DNA from: Octopus bimaculoides
Lineage: Eukaryota
Reading direction: 5' to 3'
NCBI RefSeq assembly: GCF_001194135.2
Contig: NC_068981.1
Coordinates: forward strand, 129,561,963 to 129,625,962
DNA: 64,000 bases
Of the stretch, positions 49,001 through 62,693 are shown in pieces. The notes below the pieces were generated by a model. That model searched no databases. It had not been told where the DNA came from and worked only from the letters and a program-made list of their open reading frames with translations. The position numbers and the translations under genes were made by a program. Numbering within the stretch: the stretch's first letter is position 1; every line of letters starts with the position of its first letter.

Positions 49001-49711
49001 GGGAACAAATATTACCTCAAAGTGCATAATGTATAATTTAATTATTACATATATGATGCAAAAACACCCTGCAGACTGTAATAGTTAATAAATTAGAAAT
49101 AGCATTAAAAAATTTATTTTTTCTGTATGGCCATGAGCTGTGGATCATGTGGTATCAGGCTACCATTTGTGTAGTGGCTGGAAACCACTACACTAAATGA
49201 TGCATTATGAATATAGACTGATGTATAGTCTCATTGAGTTTATAACTTCACTAAAGATGATAAAAGCCAAGCAAATCTAAACTGTGATTCTTTGGTTCAC
49301 TCTAGGAGTTATTACTCCAAAATTATTTTAGAACCAGACTATGATAATTTTTATATAAAATTTAGATTATTTTGTGCCTCTATTTTCTCCTGCTGAAAAA
49401 ATACTTAGCATAAGAGGTTAAAATAACACAAGGTATTATAGAGTTAGAATTTGTGGATAAAAGAAAACCATTCATACTGTAAACAACTTAAGAATTTATA
49501 AACTTCAAGAGAATATGAAATAATTCTCTTTTGGAATGGTGAAACTCAAAGAATATAAAAGCTATAAAAAATAAAGTTTCTAAAATAGAGAAATTCAAAG
49601 GATTGCTTTGGTCCCATGGTAGAACACCTGTCAGGTTTACAGAAGATATAGGTTTGAGTTCCACAGGTAACCTTTGACCTTTTATATCCAAAGGGCTTTC
49701 TAACTCAGTCA

Positions 49712-51560
49712 TCATCATCATCATTTAGTGTTTGTTGTTTGTCCATGCTGGCATGGGTTGGATGGTTTAACCAGGGCTGGCAAGCTGAAAGGCTGCACCA
49801 GACTCCAGTCTGATTTGGCATGGTTTCTACGGCTGGATACTCTTCTTAATGCCAACCACTCCAAGAGTGTAATGGGTGCTTTTATGTACTACTGGCAAGG
49901 GTGCCATTTGCATGACACTGGTATCTGCCATGACTGCAATTTTACTTGGCTTGATGGGTCTTCTCAAGCATGACATAACACCAAAGGTCTCAATCGTTGC
50001 CTCCATGAGGGCCATTACTCAAAAAGAGCTTTTCACATACCACTGGCATCAGCCGCTTTGCCTCCGTGAGACCCAGTGCTCAAAAGGTGCTTTTTACATG
50101 CCACTGGTACAGGTGCCAGTATGTGACACCAGAATCAGTCTTGACTATGATTTCACTTGGCTTGATGGGTCTTCTCAAATGCAGCATATTGCCAAAGATC
50201 TCTGTGAGGCCCAAAGTTTGAAGATCATACTTCACCACCTCATCTCATGTCTTCCTGGGTCTAACTCTACCACAGGTTACCTCAACAGAGATCAGCACTT
50301 CTTTACACAGCTGTCCTAGTCCATACGCATCGCATGACCTTACCAGTGCAGTCATCTCTCTTGCACACCACATCTGATGCCTCTTTTGCCCAACTTTTCT
50401 CTCAAGATGCTTACACTGTCGAACATGCACATTGACACTGCATATCCAGCGAAGCATACTGGCTTCATTTCTTTCAAGCCTATGCATGTCTTCGGCTGTC
50501 ACAGCCCATGTTTCACTGCCTTGTAGTGTAGCTGTTCGCACACAGTCATCATAAAATCTGCCTTTCAATCTGAGAGAGAGAGGCTCTTTATTGCCAGTAG
50601 AGGTAGGAGCTCTCTGAACTTTGTTCAGCCTATTCTTATTCTCACAGCTACACTCTCAGAGCATCCACCTCCGCTACTAACTTGGTCACCTAGATAATGG
50701 AAGCTATCTACTACCTCTAGCTTATCCCCCTGGCAGTTGATGGAGTCTATTTTCTGTACATTTTTGGTGTTTACTGTACTTGTGCATCTTCCACACACAA
50801 AAGCTATTTTCCCAATAAACCTTCCTTTGTTATTGCTGCACCCCTGATGTGTCCATAGCTTATACTGGGTACATCTTATGGAATTTTTACCAACGCCTTT
50901 TCTACAGATTGAGCAAGGCTATCTACTTGAAGGGATTTGTGACTTGTCTACCTTCCTTCTTACTAAGACTTTGGTTTTTGCTAGGTTAACTCAAAGGTTC
51001 TTTGATTCTAGACCTTGCTTCCATACCTGAAACTTCTTCTCTAGTTCTGGTAGTGATTCAGCTATAAGAACAAGGTCATCAGCATAGAAGAGCTCCCAGG
51101 CAGCTTAAATTCCACTGTTATTGCTTGGGGGACTATGATGAACAAGAGGGAGCCGAGGACCAATCTTTGGTGAACTCCTACTTGTACCCTGAATTCTTCA
51201 CTGTACTTGTTGCCAACCCTCACCTCAATGGTAGTGTCCCTGTACATGGCTTGTACAGCTCTCACCAACCACTCATCTATCCCTAGTTTCCACATTAAGC
51301 ACCAGATAAGGGATCGGGGGACACTGTCAAAGGTTTTCTCCATGTCAACAAAAGCCAAGAACAGAGGTTTATCTTTGGCTAGATATTTCTCCTGCAGTTG
51401 TCTTACCAGTGGTGCTTCTCCCTGGCACAAAACCAAACCATATCTCATCTAGACTAAATCCTTCCATAATTAGTTGGGCTATGACCCTCTCTGTGACTTT
51501 CATCACTTGATCCAACAATTTGATACCTCTGTAATTATTTCTATCTCAGGCATCACTTTT
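49712..51560 (-). mobile_element. 5'-truncated RTE LINE (RT, C-terminus, 3' UTR, (GAT)n tail)
   Basis: LAFVDMEKTFDSVPRSLIW...VGVHQ...ELFYADDL (ORF 51062-51448), LQGSETWAVT...RLERNEASMLRW (ORF 50245-50568); ends in the tail shared by all short copies. Confidence 0.93.
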
Positions 51561-52272
51561 ACCCATCACTGGGTATGACTCTTTCGAGAACCACCTGATT
51601 TACAATATGGGTGACTAAACCATAACCCACCCTGTCAGATATTTACATATTATTATTTATAACTCTATCTGCTTCAAGTTACACTATTCCAAAAGAGATT
51701 TATTCTGTGTTTATATAATCATGTTAAATATTGTGGAGAAAAAAACTTTAAGTTGTGTTTCTTATGGCAGTCAGATGGGGGGGGGGGGACAAAGGGATGG
51801 CCAATTTGTCATATTTAATAAAAGTAAAATGATTTTTAAAAATGTTTAAATTATTCAACACCACAATGACAAAAGAACTGTACGGATGCACACTCTATTA
51901 AGAAGGGCAGGATACGGGCAAAAACTTCACTAGTATTTCTGTGAGTGAGTGGACTGATATTAGGCAGTCTGAGAATCACTGCTTTAACCCTTTGGTTACC
52001 ATATTCCTGTTGATATACACTGCATTTGTTTCAATTAATTTTGAGAATAATTAAGAATTTAGCAAAGTAATTTAATCATTATTAAACTGGTATTTGGAAC
52101 ATAAATTAAGTCAGAAATTTGATGGAAAACTTTAATTTGGATCCCTTTAAAACAGAAAACTTGCATCATAGAACCAGGGTCAGTCTCAGGTAGGTTGATA
52201 TCAAAACAGTTAAAGCACATTTTCATCTACCGCAAACTTCCATGGTTTTGAAAAGGAAAAAACGTAGTAGAT

Positions 52273-52994
52273 TTTTTGATCACAGATTTTAAAATTATTT
52301 TTTTTTAACTAAACAGCTTGAAACTTCTATACTGGTGTAATTTCTCATGTTGAACATTGTTTACTTTCAACGTTTTGATAAAATTTTGTATTTTAGAAGT
52401 TATTTCATGTTAAAGTTGTCGTATTTGGGTAATTTTAACCAATCAACGATGTGTATTCATCTGAAGAAAGCTACTGCTGTAATTGAAGAGTAACAGCTTC
52501 CAGGTCATCTCTACTAAATATTACCACTCTATTTTCTATTTTCTATGTTCTATTTTATTTTTGTTTATTGCTTGTATAGTATATTACATGCTTTTTGATC
52601 ACCACTTTGTACATTTGTATTTTCATCACTCGTACAAAGAGGCGAGCGAAAAACAAAACAAACAAAAAAAAAAACAAGGCGTGTAATATGCAACACAGGC
52701 AATAAACAAAAAAATAAAATAGAACGTAGAAAATAGAAGATGGAGTGGTGACATTTAGTAGAGATGACCCAGAAGTTGTTGCTCTTCAATTACGGCAGTA
52801 GCTTTCTTCAGCTGAATACACGTCGTTGATTGATTAAAATTACCCAAATATGACAACACGAAATAACTTATAAAATATAAAATTTTGTCAAAAATGTGGA
52901 AAGTAAACCATGTTCAGCATGAGAAATTATACCAGTATACAAAGTTTCAAATTGTTTAGTTAAAAAAAAAAAATTTTTTAATCTGTGAGCAAAA
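52273..52994. repeat. Long foldback element, ~320-bp arms, ~85-bp spacer
   Basis: 52273-52594 is roughly 90% the reverse complement of 52679-52994 (by eye). Confidence 0.92.
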
Positions 52995-53059
52995 CTGAAG
53001 AGATCTGATTTTTTTTCAAATGAAGTAAACAACTGAGATTAGGAATTTTTAATATTTAA

Positions 53060-53280
53060 CCTTTTAGCATTTAAACCAGCCATATCTGGCCAAAATATTC
53101 TATCTGCTTTATGTTCAAACTGGTCAGAGCTGGCCTCTCACACCAACACTACATTATCATTCTAAAAAAAATTAAGTTACCTCATTAAACACTCAAAGTT
53201 ACAAAATAATGCATGATTAATTAAAAACAACGTGAATAAATATGCATCACTTTTGACAAACTAATGTGAATGCTAAAGGG
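53060..53280. mobile_element. piggyBac-type MITE, family B
   Basis: TTAA|CCTTTTAGCATT...AATGCTAAAGGG|TTAA. Confidence 0.8.
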
Positions 53281-54734
53281 TTAAATCCATACTACATTTT
53301 GACTAGTCTGATCGTTATCATAAAATGCTTTATTCTTGGATGTGCACATAGTAACAAACTAGTTTTGGAGAAGCAATCACAATAAACCCTCAGTTTAATG
53401 GAACCTGGTTTAATGAATTTCAAATTTAATGGAATAAATAATAATAATAATACAATATAGTACTATTATGATTGTCACAGCAAAATACTTTTCTACTGTA
53501 TAGTAAAAAAGGCAAGTAAAAAGCATATATACATGATTATGAGTTAATTTTATATTGTACAAATGTGTGTCATCATCATCATCGTTTAATGTCCACTTTC
53601 CATGGATTTTCATTTTACATTAAAAGTGATTAGAAAATTAGTTTATCTTTGATTTAACAGAGTTTTGGCAATAATAGAAACACCTGCTTGCCTCTATGAA
53701 ATCAAGGATTTACTCTATAAAACTGAAATTAAGTTCATACTTGAATATAGCTTGCTACTAATTGTATGTATACATCTTGAACTGATCAAAACAGTGTAGG
53801 TGCAAATATTGCAAACAATTATCAGTTTCAAAGATGAATTTATTAGCTTGAAAATTTATAATAGGACACATTTCAGACACTTAGATATTTGAATAAATGC
53901 TTTAAATATACCTATTTTCAGTTATGAACCATGAAAAGAAAAAGGATAGAAGGGAATTAATTTTTGATTCTGCTTTTGTAAGTATTAGAAGAGAACTGAC
54001 TAAGACAAATGACTATGCCATGGTTTGTGAGTTGTAATTTACTGCACAGAAGCATGTTTTTGTGTCTGGGAAGTGCATCTAATTTCATTTGCATCAGTTT
54101 TTCTTGTGATGTTCATGGCCTTTTAATGATATTAATGAAAGTAAAGTGTAAAGATTATAAGTGGGGAAAAAAACAGTCCTGTAACTATTCTCTCTGAAGC
54201 AGGGAAAAGAGCTTTCACCTCTGTCAGTAGTGATTAAATATTTAACCAGACAAATTCATAAAGTCAAACCTTGTAACTACATCTATTGTCAATCCCTACT
54301 TTTCATAAGCACACCAACATGCTTGTAATTCCAATTCATGTCAATACAGCTCATTCATGAACCTATATGTGATATATTTGTATAGTTGAGGTAAATATCA
54401 ATGGGCTTTATTTGAATTAATTTGCCTGACAAGTGGTTCTAACACTTCACAGTTGAGTTGTTATAGTTAGTGTTAGCATTCAATTCAGAGTGTAACAAAA
54501 AAGTTACATTGAAAAAAGAATGCAGTTTTCATTCTTTTGACAAATATGGAAGACAGTTCTAGACGTATTCAGATTTTATGAAACCTCTTCAGTGAAGCGT
54601 AAACTTCAATGGACAACAATTATATATATTTTCTGAACATTTCTATTTTTTCTACATCAATCAATCAATGTATATTTTTGTTCATTTACTTGGTGATTCT
54701 CTCAACAATGCTTCAGCAAGTACAGTTAAATATA

Positions 54735-55335
54735 TGCTTAGCTAATGAGGTCTAATAGGATTGAAACACATCCAAAGTTGTTTATCATACATTGTTTTTA
54801 AATCTTCCAGTCATTAAATATACTTTCATGTATTTAACTAACTATAACATAGATGACATCTTAGGAAAATATAGTTTCCCAGTATTTCTCATTCTTTACC
54901 AACAAATATTCATTGTAGTATATACATATATTCCTTTCCCTCTATTAATCTTGCAAATATGTGAATGGCTATGTTTTGCTGAAGAGGTCTAATAAAATTA
55001 AAACACGTCCAGAGTTGTCATTGTGTCTGCCAAAGCTCAGACTATTCTTCTCTCACTATGTTGCCTATTTCTAATATAAATAAAAACTCTTGGGAACAAA
55101 CCCATTTCAAAGAGCAGTTTTTAAAATTATTTTTATTTGAGTTATTGCACTTATCTTTGCTGGTTGATTTAAGCATAATTCATGAATGTTTACTCTCCTC
55201 GACATGAATATAATGTTGACTAACTAAAGTTATCATGCTCACCACACTGTATTACTTGGTTATTTCACTATCTATCATCTAGTATAAAGAAGCTGCACTT
55301 CTGCTGAAGAGCTTTAACAAAAGCTAAGTTGGTCC
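54735..55335 (+). repeat. Three tandem degenerate hammerhead-like motifs
   Basis: CT(A/G)A(T/A)GAG at 54742, 54979 and 55304, each followed by a short stem II and (A/G)TC-CA(A/G)AGTT. Confidence 0.5.
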
Positions 55336-55964
55336 AGAGTTCTCTCCCATACTTTCCAAGTAAAAGAAAAAAAAAATGCTGGTCGTTAACTAACATTATT
55401 TAATGTGTAAAAATAATATCGGTCATTAAGTAATATTACTTCTTAATGTAAGGTGGTGAGCTGGCATAATCATTACTGTGCCAGGTAAAATGCTTAGCTG
55501 TATTTTGTCTGTCTTTACATTCCGAGTTCAAATGTTACTGAGGTCGACTTTGGGGTTGATAGAATAAGGACCAGTTGAGCATGAGTTGATGTAATCAACT
55601 TACACTCCCACCTCCAAATTGCTGGTCCTGTGCCAAAAATTGAAACCAATATAACTTCTTAATATGAATTTCAATATACTTTTGATTTTTAATGTTCAAA
55701 TCATTCAACAAATGGATGGTCCTTGAGTGCTTTTAGCAACATTCAAACAACAGCCAGCATTTGGATCAACCCTCCATTACCTTTTGCACATGTTTGTAGT
55801 ACAGATATTTAGGCTGGACACCAACTGCAATCTTATCAGTCTTGGAAGGAACTATAAAGATTATGGGTACTGTCATCTCCTCTCATGACTGACTTATGTA
55901 ACTGAAAAAGTAAACTAATATCTTGGTTGTTACAAAACCTAGGTGCAGATGAATAGCTCGTGAG

Positions 55965-56292
55965 AGCTGTGTAAGTCATGTTAACTGGTACACTGACGGT
56001 TACGACGATGAGGGTTCCACATGATCCCACCAACAGAACAGCCTGCTTGTGAAATTAACATGCATGTGGCTGAGTACTCCACAGACACGTGTACCCTTAA
56101 TGTAGTTCTCAGGGAGATTCAGTGTGACACAGAGTATGACAAAGCTGGCCCTTTGAAATACAGGTACTACTCGTTTTTGCCAGCTGAGTGGACTGGAGCA
56201 ACGTGAAATAAAGTGTCTTGCTCAAGGACACAATGCGTTACCAGAAATTGAACTCACGACCTTGTGACAGTGAGCTGAATACTCTAACCACT
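55965..56292 (-). mobile_element. tRNA-derived SINE
   Basis: Head gtggttagagtattcagctcac...gtgagttcaattt, cttgagcaagacacttt core; 3' body shared with 10197-10593. Confidence 0.78.
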
Positions 56293-56439
56293 TAATGACC
56301 TAGATCTCAAAGCTGAATCTATCGAAGTATTTAGGGAATAAATTCCAAATGCAGAAGTAAAGAAAAGAAGTAGGAATTCTATATGATGTATTTAATGTAA
56401 ACAAAATGTTCATGATGTATGTAGGATTACAAATTAGCT

Positions 56440-56900
56440 GATAGGGAAGACCTCATTTGTAACAGATGCACAGAAATCGCTAACACTAAGAGCACCCATA
56501 ATGTAAATCATTACAAATGGCCAGAGGGCTCTCCAGAAGTAGTTAATAGTTTCCATTATTTAACTGACCTAAATTGCAGGAGAGGAGGGTGTTCCAAAAG
56601 CATAGAAATCAATATAAGAATGAGTAGGAAAAGCTCAAGGAGTTATATCTCTGGCAACAAGGGGATTCTCTCTCCAAGTGCAAGAAAGATTGTATGGCAC
56701 AAGTAGACAAAGTGCAATGCTGCACGACAGTGAAACACAAGCACTGAATGCAGAAGATGTGTGAAGATTTGAAAGAAATGAAGCAAACATCTTTTCTGGA
56801 TGTGTAATATGTATGAATGATGCAGCACAAATGAAGAGAAAAACAGGGGTATAAAAGGAATCAGATGTGTACAAGAGAGTAGGGTAAAGAAATGTTAAGT
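56440..56900 (+). mobile_element. Old degenerate RTE LINE fragment
   Basis: Remnants of LICNRCT, EVVNSFHYL, LATRGFSL, MLHDSETQAL..ED..RFERNE homologous to 50245-50800. Confidence 0.7.
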
Positions 56901-59770
56901 GATTTAAATGGAAGTTAATCTGCTCTGCTCTGCAAATGACAAAGACTAAAGACATGAAAAATGGTAAAAGCTAATTTTGGGAGACCTCATGTAGGAGAGG
57001 ACAAAAAAATTGTATATGTAAGCACTGAAAACGATGTATGATAATGATGAAGAATAATAGAAACACTTCTTTGACAGAATACAAATAATGAAGCTTTGGG
57101 AAAACCATCTATCAACTCATCCTGGTATAGAAAAGAAGTTGGAATATATTTTCATAAGATAACCTTTCTTATCACTGAAAATTGATAATGAATTTTTACT
57201 TAAATGGGGAACAAAATAAGGGCAAAAATAATGTTATAAATTGAACAGAAACTGTGTAGGTAAAATACATAATGGTAAAAGTTACAATAGTAAATGTAAA
57301 AGATTACGTTTTTTATAGAGGAAAAAATTCAGAATTATTAAGGGAAACTGCAATTCTTCCTCTAATTTAGAATCCCTTTTCTATATAAAAGAGGATTAGC
57401 TAATGAAGTGAATTAAAATTACTTCAACTATAAATCACTGAGTTCCTAACATCTCACTATTTAAAGTTGCATATTGAATTAATTTCATATTGTGGAACTT
57501 CATACTAACTGGTAATAATTGCCATGTATACTGCATACTATGAGCATCCAAGTTTCCTATCTATATTCTAGCAGTATAATGTTATAATTTGTCTAATAAA
57601 GGAATTTATATTTGAGACTCTAGCTAGAATATGCAGCATTTTTCTGAGGTAGCACATAACCCCCCCCCCCCATATCAGTGGAATCTCATGTAATGCCAAG
57701 ATTCATTGTACCCTACTCTACATAATTACAACAGATTGGAAAATGTCTTAAGTAGCACCAAACAGGCTCAAGAGTAACGAATGATGAACGAAAATATATT
57801 TTCAGCTTATAAGTGTTTTTAAGAAATGGCTTAAGTTTTATCGCATGTAATCAAATGGAATTGTTATTTAAATTTCATCACTTAGTTCTGATGTTGAACC
57901 AAATTGAAGTCCCGTTCAGATCTTGATAAAATTCACACGGGTAATATAAAGTGTCCCGGTTCATATCAAATAGAAATATCGCTGGTGGGAGAAGAAAATG
58001 AAAGTGTCCACATCGACAACATGGGATCAACAAAAATATTACTTTTTACGAACGAATAGATAGCACTATTTATTTAGTTTTTTTTTTCCGCTCCTACAAT
58101 TAAAAAAAAAAAAGTAGCAAATCTAGTGCATCAAAGAATGTAATTTCTTCGGATGTTTTATGCATCCTAAATTTGTTTTCTTTTTGCAGTTATAATTTAT
58201 GATGCTTAAAGCATAGAGAAATTACTTTTTTTTTCCAAACTGAATAATTTNNNNNNNNNNNNNNNNNNNNNNNNNNNNNNNNNNNNNNNNNNNNNNNNNN
58301 NNNNNNNNNNNNNNNNNNNNNNNNNNNNNNNNNNNNNNNNNNNNNNNNNNNNNNNNNNNNNNNNNNNNNNNNNNNNNNNNNNNNNNNNNNNNNNNNNNNN
58401 NNNNNNNNNNNNNNNNNNNNNNNNNTATATATATATATATATATATATTAACCTAGGAAGGAAGGACAGTGCTCATGGACAGGGCATTCTCATAATGGGG
58501 ATCTGGCCCTAATGTTTACGAGAGTGAATCCTGCTAAAAGCACTTAAAGCGCCAGTGGGTGGAGTTAAGCCGGGCGATGGTTAAATACCGCCCGAGTAGA
58601 CAATGGCGGGATTTGAGCTCAGAACGCCAAGAATCAAATCAAATACTACAAGACATCCCATCCGAGGCTTAAACTATTCTACCAGATATTAATATTTAGG
58701 CAATATTTTGCAACATTGTCAATATTTACTAATAAAGTGACGATCGATGAAACGTGGAAAGCGAGATTCAAAAAATCGTTTCAGTAGCTTGATTTCATGT
58801 AGTAAGCTTTTTCACTACACTTATATCATTAAACCCTTGTGTGGCAGAAGATTCTTTTCATTTCACGATCCCTATAAAACGGTTTTACCAAGTCAAAGCA
58901 ACCACTTATTGGATTACAATTTCGATTCCTACTTAAAATTAATTTCATTTTATTTGCTTTTAGTAAAGACATGGATATTACATTTAATTTCTTTCGACTG
59001 GGTACATTCAAGGTTCTCTCTCTTTCTCTCTCTCTATATATATATATATATATCAGGCGAATTTTTAATATTACACCCATCTCATGAAACGGGTGTAAAC
59101 TCTGATTGGAGGATTGTTACAATAGCTATCAGATCCTCGTGGAGAAGGTTAAAGCAAGAAATTGAGTGACTGTTTTCTTTTGTGAAAGAAATTTTTTGTC
59201 CAAAATATTTTTTTTCTTTTACATTTTTACTATTACACGCGTCTCAGGAGACTGGTGTAATAGTGAAAAAAGATTTTTAAAACCCCTCAACCTCAGGAAA
59301 AAAATATACTATTCTAATAGCAGGTGCTGCGGGAGGTTCTATTTTCCACGAACTCTTGGATTCCCAATACACTTGGAAAAGGCACCAATATAACAGGTTT
59401 CAATTTTCTTACACTCTGTAAATCAATTAAATTCATATAGATACAAGAAATATTGTTTCGGAGCAGGTCTCGTGCAAACTTTGGCAGACGAATCAACAAG
59501 TTTTTAGGTCACCGCCCCCAACAAAGTACACATATTAAAGCAATGTTCAACACCTTAAAAAACACAGATTGCTGCAGCTAGCTTATATGATAGAAAATGA
59601 TAAGTTACAAATCAACAGTGTTCGAGATGGTCAATTGTTAACAAACATATTGGAGAATTTTCTTTTGTTGACATTGAATAAAGCACATTACGCCGAAAGA
59701 GAAAGTTTTTTACTAGAAAATATTTTGAGATATAATAATAAAGGAAATCAGGATGTGTCTTTAAAGTTAC

Positions 59771-59809
59771 CTTGTCAGAGTCCTTTTTTGTTAGGAATCG
59801 ACGAAGCAT
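59771..59809 (-). CDS. EEA1: EEA1 coding exon 1 (MLRRFLTKKDSDK)
   Basis: ATG at 59809; resembles the human EEA1 N-terminus MLRRILQR; ends AAG|GTAACT, phase 0; lies in a CpG-retaining region. Confidence 0.8.
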
Positions 59810-60010
59810 TTTCCAGTAATTTTGATTATCGTGAATATTTTAAAATTATTTTTAAAGATTTAATTCCTTGGAAGTAAATTGCTTTCAAACAGAAACACCG
59901 CCATAACAGAACGTTCTTTATACATATAATAGTCTACAGTCGACAATATCAAGAGACCACTGTCATACAAAGAACTTCAGCCGAACTCGTTTTTATTCAA
60001 TCACGTTATA
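59810..60010 (-). promoter_or_regulatory. Putative EEA1 5'UTR/core promoter region
   Basis: Directly upstream of the start codon; CpG dinucleotides retained relative to the introns; YY1-like CCGCCAT at 59898-59904. TSS not determinable from sequence. Confidence 0.45.
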
Positions 60011-60014
60011 AAGG

Positions 60015-60253
60015 CAGGATTTACTCTTTTACTTGTTTCAGTCATTTGACTGTGGCCATGCTAGAGCAACGCCTTTAATGGAGCAAATCGACCCCGGAAC
60101 TTATTCTTTGTAAGCCTAGTACTTATTCTATCGTTCTTTTTTGCCGAACCGCTAAGTTACAGGGACATAAGCATACCAGCATCAGTTGTCAAGCAATGCT
60201 AGGGGAACAAACATACACACACACACAAACACACACAAACACACACACACACT

Positions 60254-60292
<39 letters not shown>

Positions 60293-60450
60293 CGGGCTTC
60301 TTTCAGTTTCTGTCTACCAAATCCACTCGCAAGGTTTTGGTCGGCCTGAGGCTATAGTAGAACACACTTACCCAAGATGCCACGCAGTGGGACTGAACCC
60401 GGAACTATGTGGTTGGTAAGCAAGCTACTTACCACACAGCCACTCCTGTG
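60015..60450 (-). mobile_element. tRNA-derived SINE about 200 bp upstream of the EEA1 start codon
   Basis: Reverse complement of the 35020-35451 family; CpGs retained; internal (CA)n. Confidence 0.88.
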
Positions 60451-60534
60451 CGATCAAATTGTTTAATTTTCTCACATGCATGTAGGTCAATGTGTTTCTA
60501 TTTGCTTGCTTCTTTGTGATATGTATCTATATAT

Positions 60535-60660
60535 ACAGGGTGGCGCAGAGGTAGACTAACAGTTGTATATTATATACGATTATACAACTGTAAACCTGCT
60601 TTTGCACCACTCCTATATATATATAGGAGTGGTGTAAAAGCAGGTTTACAGTTGTATAAT
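60535..60660. repeat. Three Tc1/mariner-like TIR copies including an 82-bp palindrome (60579-60660)
   Basis: attatacaactgtaaacctgcttttgcaccactcc-(TA)n-ggagtggtgtaaaagcaggtttacagttgtataat, one mismatch. Confidence 0.8.
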
Positions 60661-61360
60661 GTTTGGGAAAGAGATTTTAGTGTTTCTTTAAGAAAAAAAA
60701 GATTCTTAAAGATTCATACTCTCTGTTTTTTTCTCCAAGGATTACCAAGAAAAAAATTTGGAAAAAGTTTTTTAAAAAATGAAGAAATTGGGGGTGGGGA
60801 GGGAGAAAATTAAAATATTGAGAATGTGTTTTTTGGGTGAAATCCTAATCTCCTGTATCAAAAACAGGAATTGGAAAAAATTTAGGCAAAAATAAGGGGG
60901 AAGGCACAAATGGGAAAACTTCCTTTTAAGTTTATATTGAGAATCAGGTTTTTAAATATGCTCATTACAAACATAAATTACAGAATAGAAAAAGGTCATT
61001 TCAATTGGATTTGAGCGGTAAGTTTGCATGTGCACACGGCAAGAAATAACATAATTCATACAGAAGTCTTACCTAGAGTGTGTGTGTGTGTGTGCATGTG
61101 GGCGCATGCATGCCAAAGGAAGTTATTTTATGGCATTCTTTCATTTGAAGCAGCAAATTTGTCAACTTGATCATATGGTAGATCATATGAAATCATATGA
61201 TTGTTTGTTAATTTCTGTAAAAAATCTTTTATTTCTTTATGCTTTGAAGAGAATAGAAATTGAAAGACAGAAGAAAGTGAAAAGGTGACATTTGCTTTGA
61301 AGTGACAGCAGAAAGTGACAGGAGAAAGTGAAAGATGTATGTACGTGTATATGAAATGGG

Positions 61361-61401
<41 letters not shown>

Positions 61402-62693
61402 GTGCATATGTGTGTGTGCGCGAGAGAGAGAGAGAATGAGAGTGAGTGAGTGAAAGTGTGTGTTGTCATGTATGTATTTTTTGCATGTATGTGTAAGTGG
61501 CACTCACTCTCTCTCTCACACACATACACACATTATTTTTCATATACACATTATTTTTCATATACACATACATAAATACATATGCATACATCTTTTTTGT
61601 ATGTATGTGTGCATATAAGAGAGAGAGAGTGAGTGACTGTATGTTCTCATAACATATAGAGAACTGAATGTCTTTTAATGAAACTTTTTTGGTTGTGGCT
61701 TATTTTAATACAATATTTATATGTAGATTTTCATTAATGTTTGAGTAGAATTCTTATGCACGCGTGAAACATCGGGCGAAAGTGAAACATTAAAAGCAAA
61801 TCGAAATGTTGCCCGAAAATAACCTCAAAATTGTACAACCTGACCTCATTTTCGAGGTTATTTCAGTAGTAAAAAAGAGTTGTGCCAAAAATATAGTTTA
61901 TTTGGTAGATAGATGATAAGCAGCTTTCTTTATTACAGTACAGATGTGACTAATTTGGAGAAACATTACTTTGATTATTCATACATCGTTACTCTTGTAA
62001 TGCAATACTTTGTAATTTTGGTTGAAATTGAAAGTGTGAAACTATTTTCACTTTCTAATGAAAATTTAGAAAAATGTTACAGAGGTTTAAAGTTTGATCA
62101 CTTGGAAAACAATATTTGGAAGCTAGCATTTTCCGCGTGATAGCTGTCTATCATAAAATGAATGTAAACATTACAACAAAAATGTTTTAAACAAAATGAA
62201 AGCAATTACATGTCATAGCAAGAGAGAGAGAGAGGGGGCAGCAGCAGGCATGAGACATATACATATACAGACATTGATAAAGAGTACAGTATATATATAG
62301 AGGGGAAAGGTGTAAAAGAGAGAGAGAGAGAGAGACAGATATAGAGTGGTAAATTTGTTGATCTAGAAGATGAGTTATTTCTCATCGCAAATTATATTTT
62401 TTGATTAATTATAAATAAAAACCTTGGAATGCAGATTTTGAAAATCAAATCCATTTTTCTTGAGAACACACTGATTTGGAGCCTTTCTGTGGTATATCCA
62501 CATACATACATACACTCTCATTTATATATTATATATATATATGTAACAAAGTGTTAGCACCAAGCAGTGTTTAGGCATAAGCAAAATTTAGTCTAGTTAA
62601 AATATGCTTGTAACATATTTGCCCTTTAGCAGTTGAAATATGTCACAAACATATTTTAACTAACCTAAATTTTTATATATATATATATATATA

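Noticed and set aside
58747-59877. Plus-strand ORFs near exon 1 as a divergent gene
   Set aside because: No recognisable domain; low-complexity chance ORFs antisense to EEA1 exon 1 and intron 1
61741-61900. CpG-containing patch with short hairpins as a second promoter
   Set aside because: Adjacent sequence matches the Merlin interior, so it is more likely a transposon end; no downstream exon found
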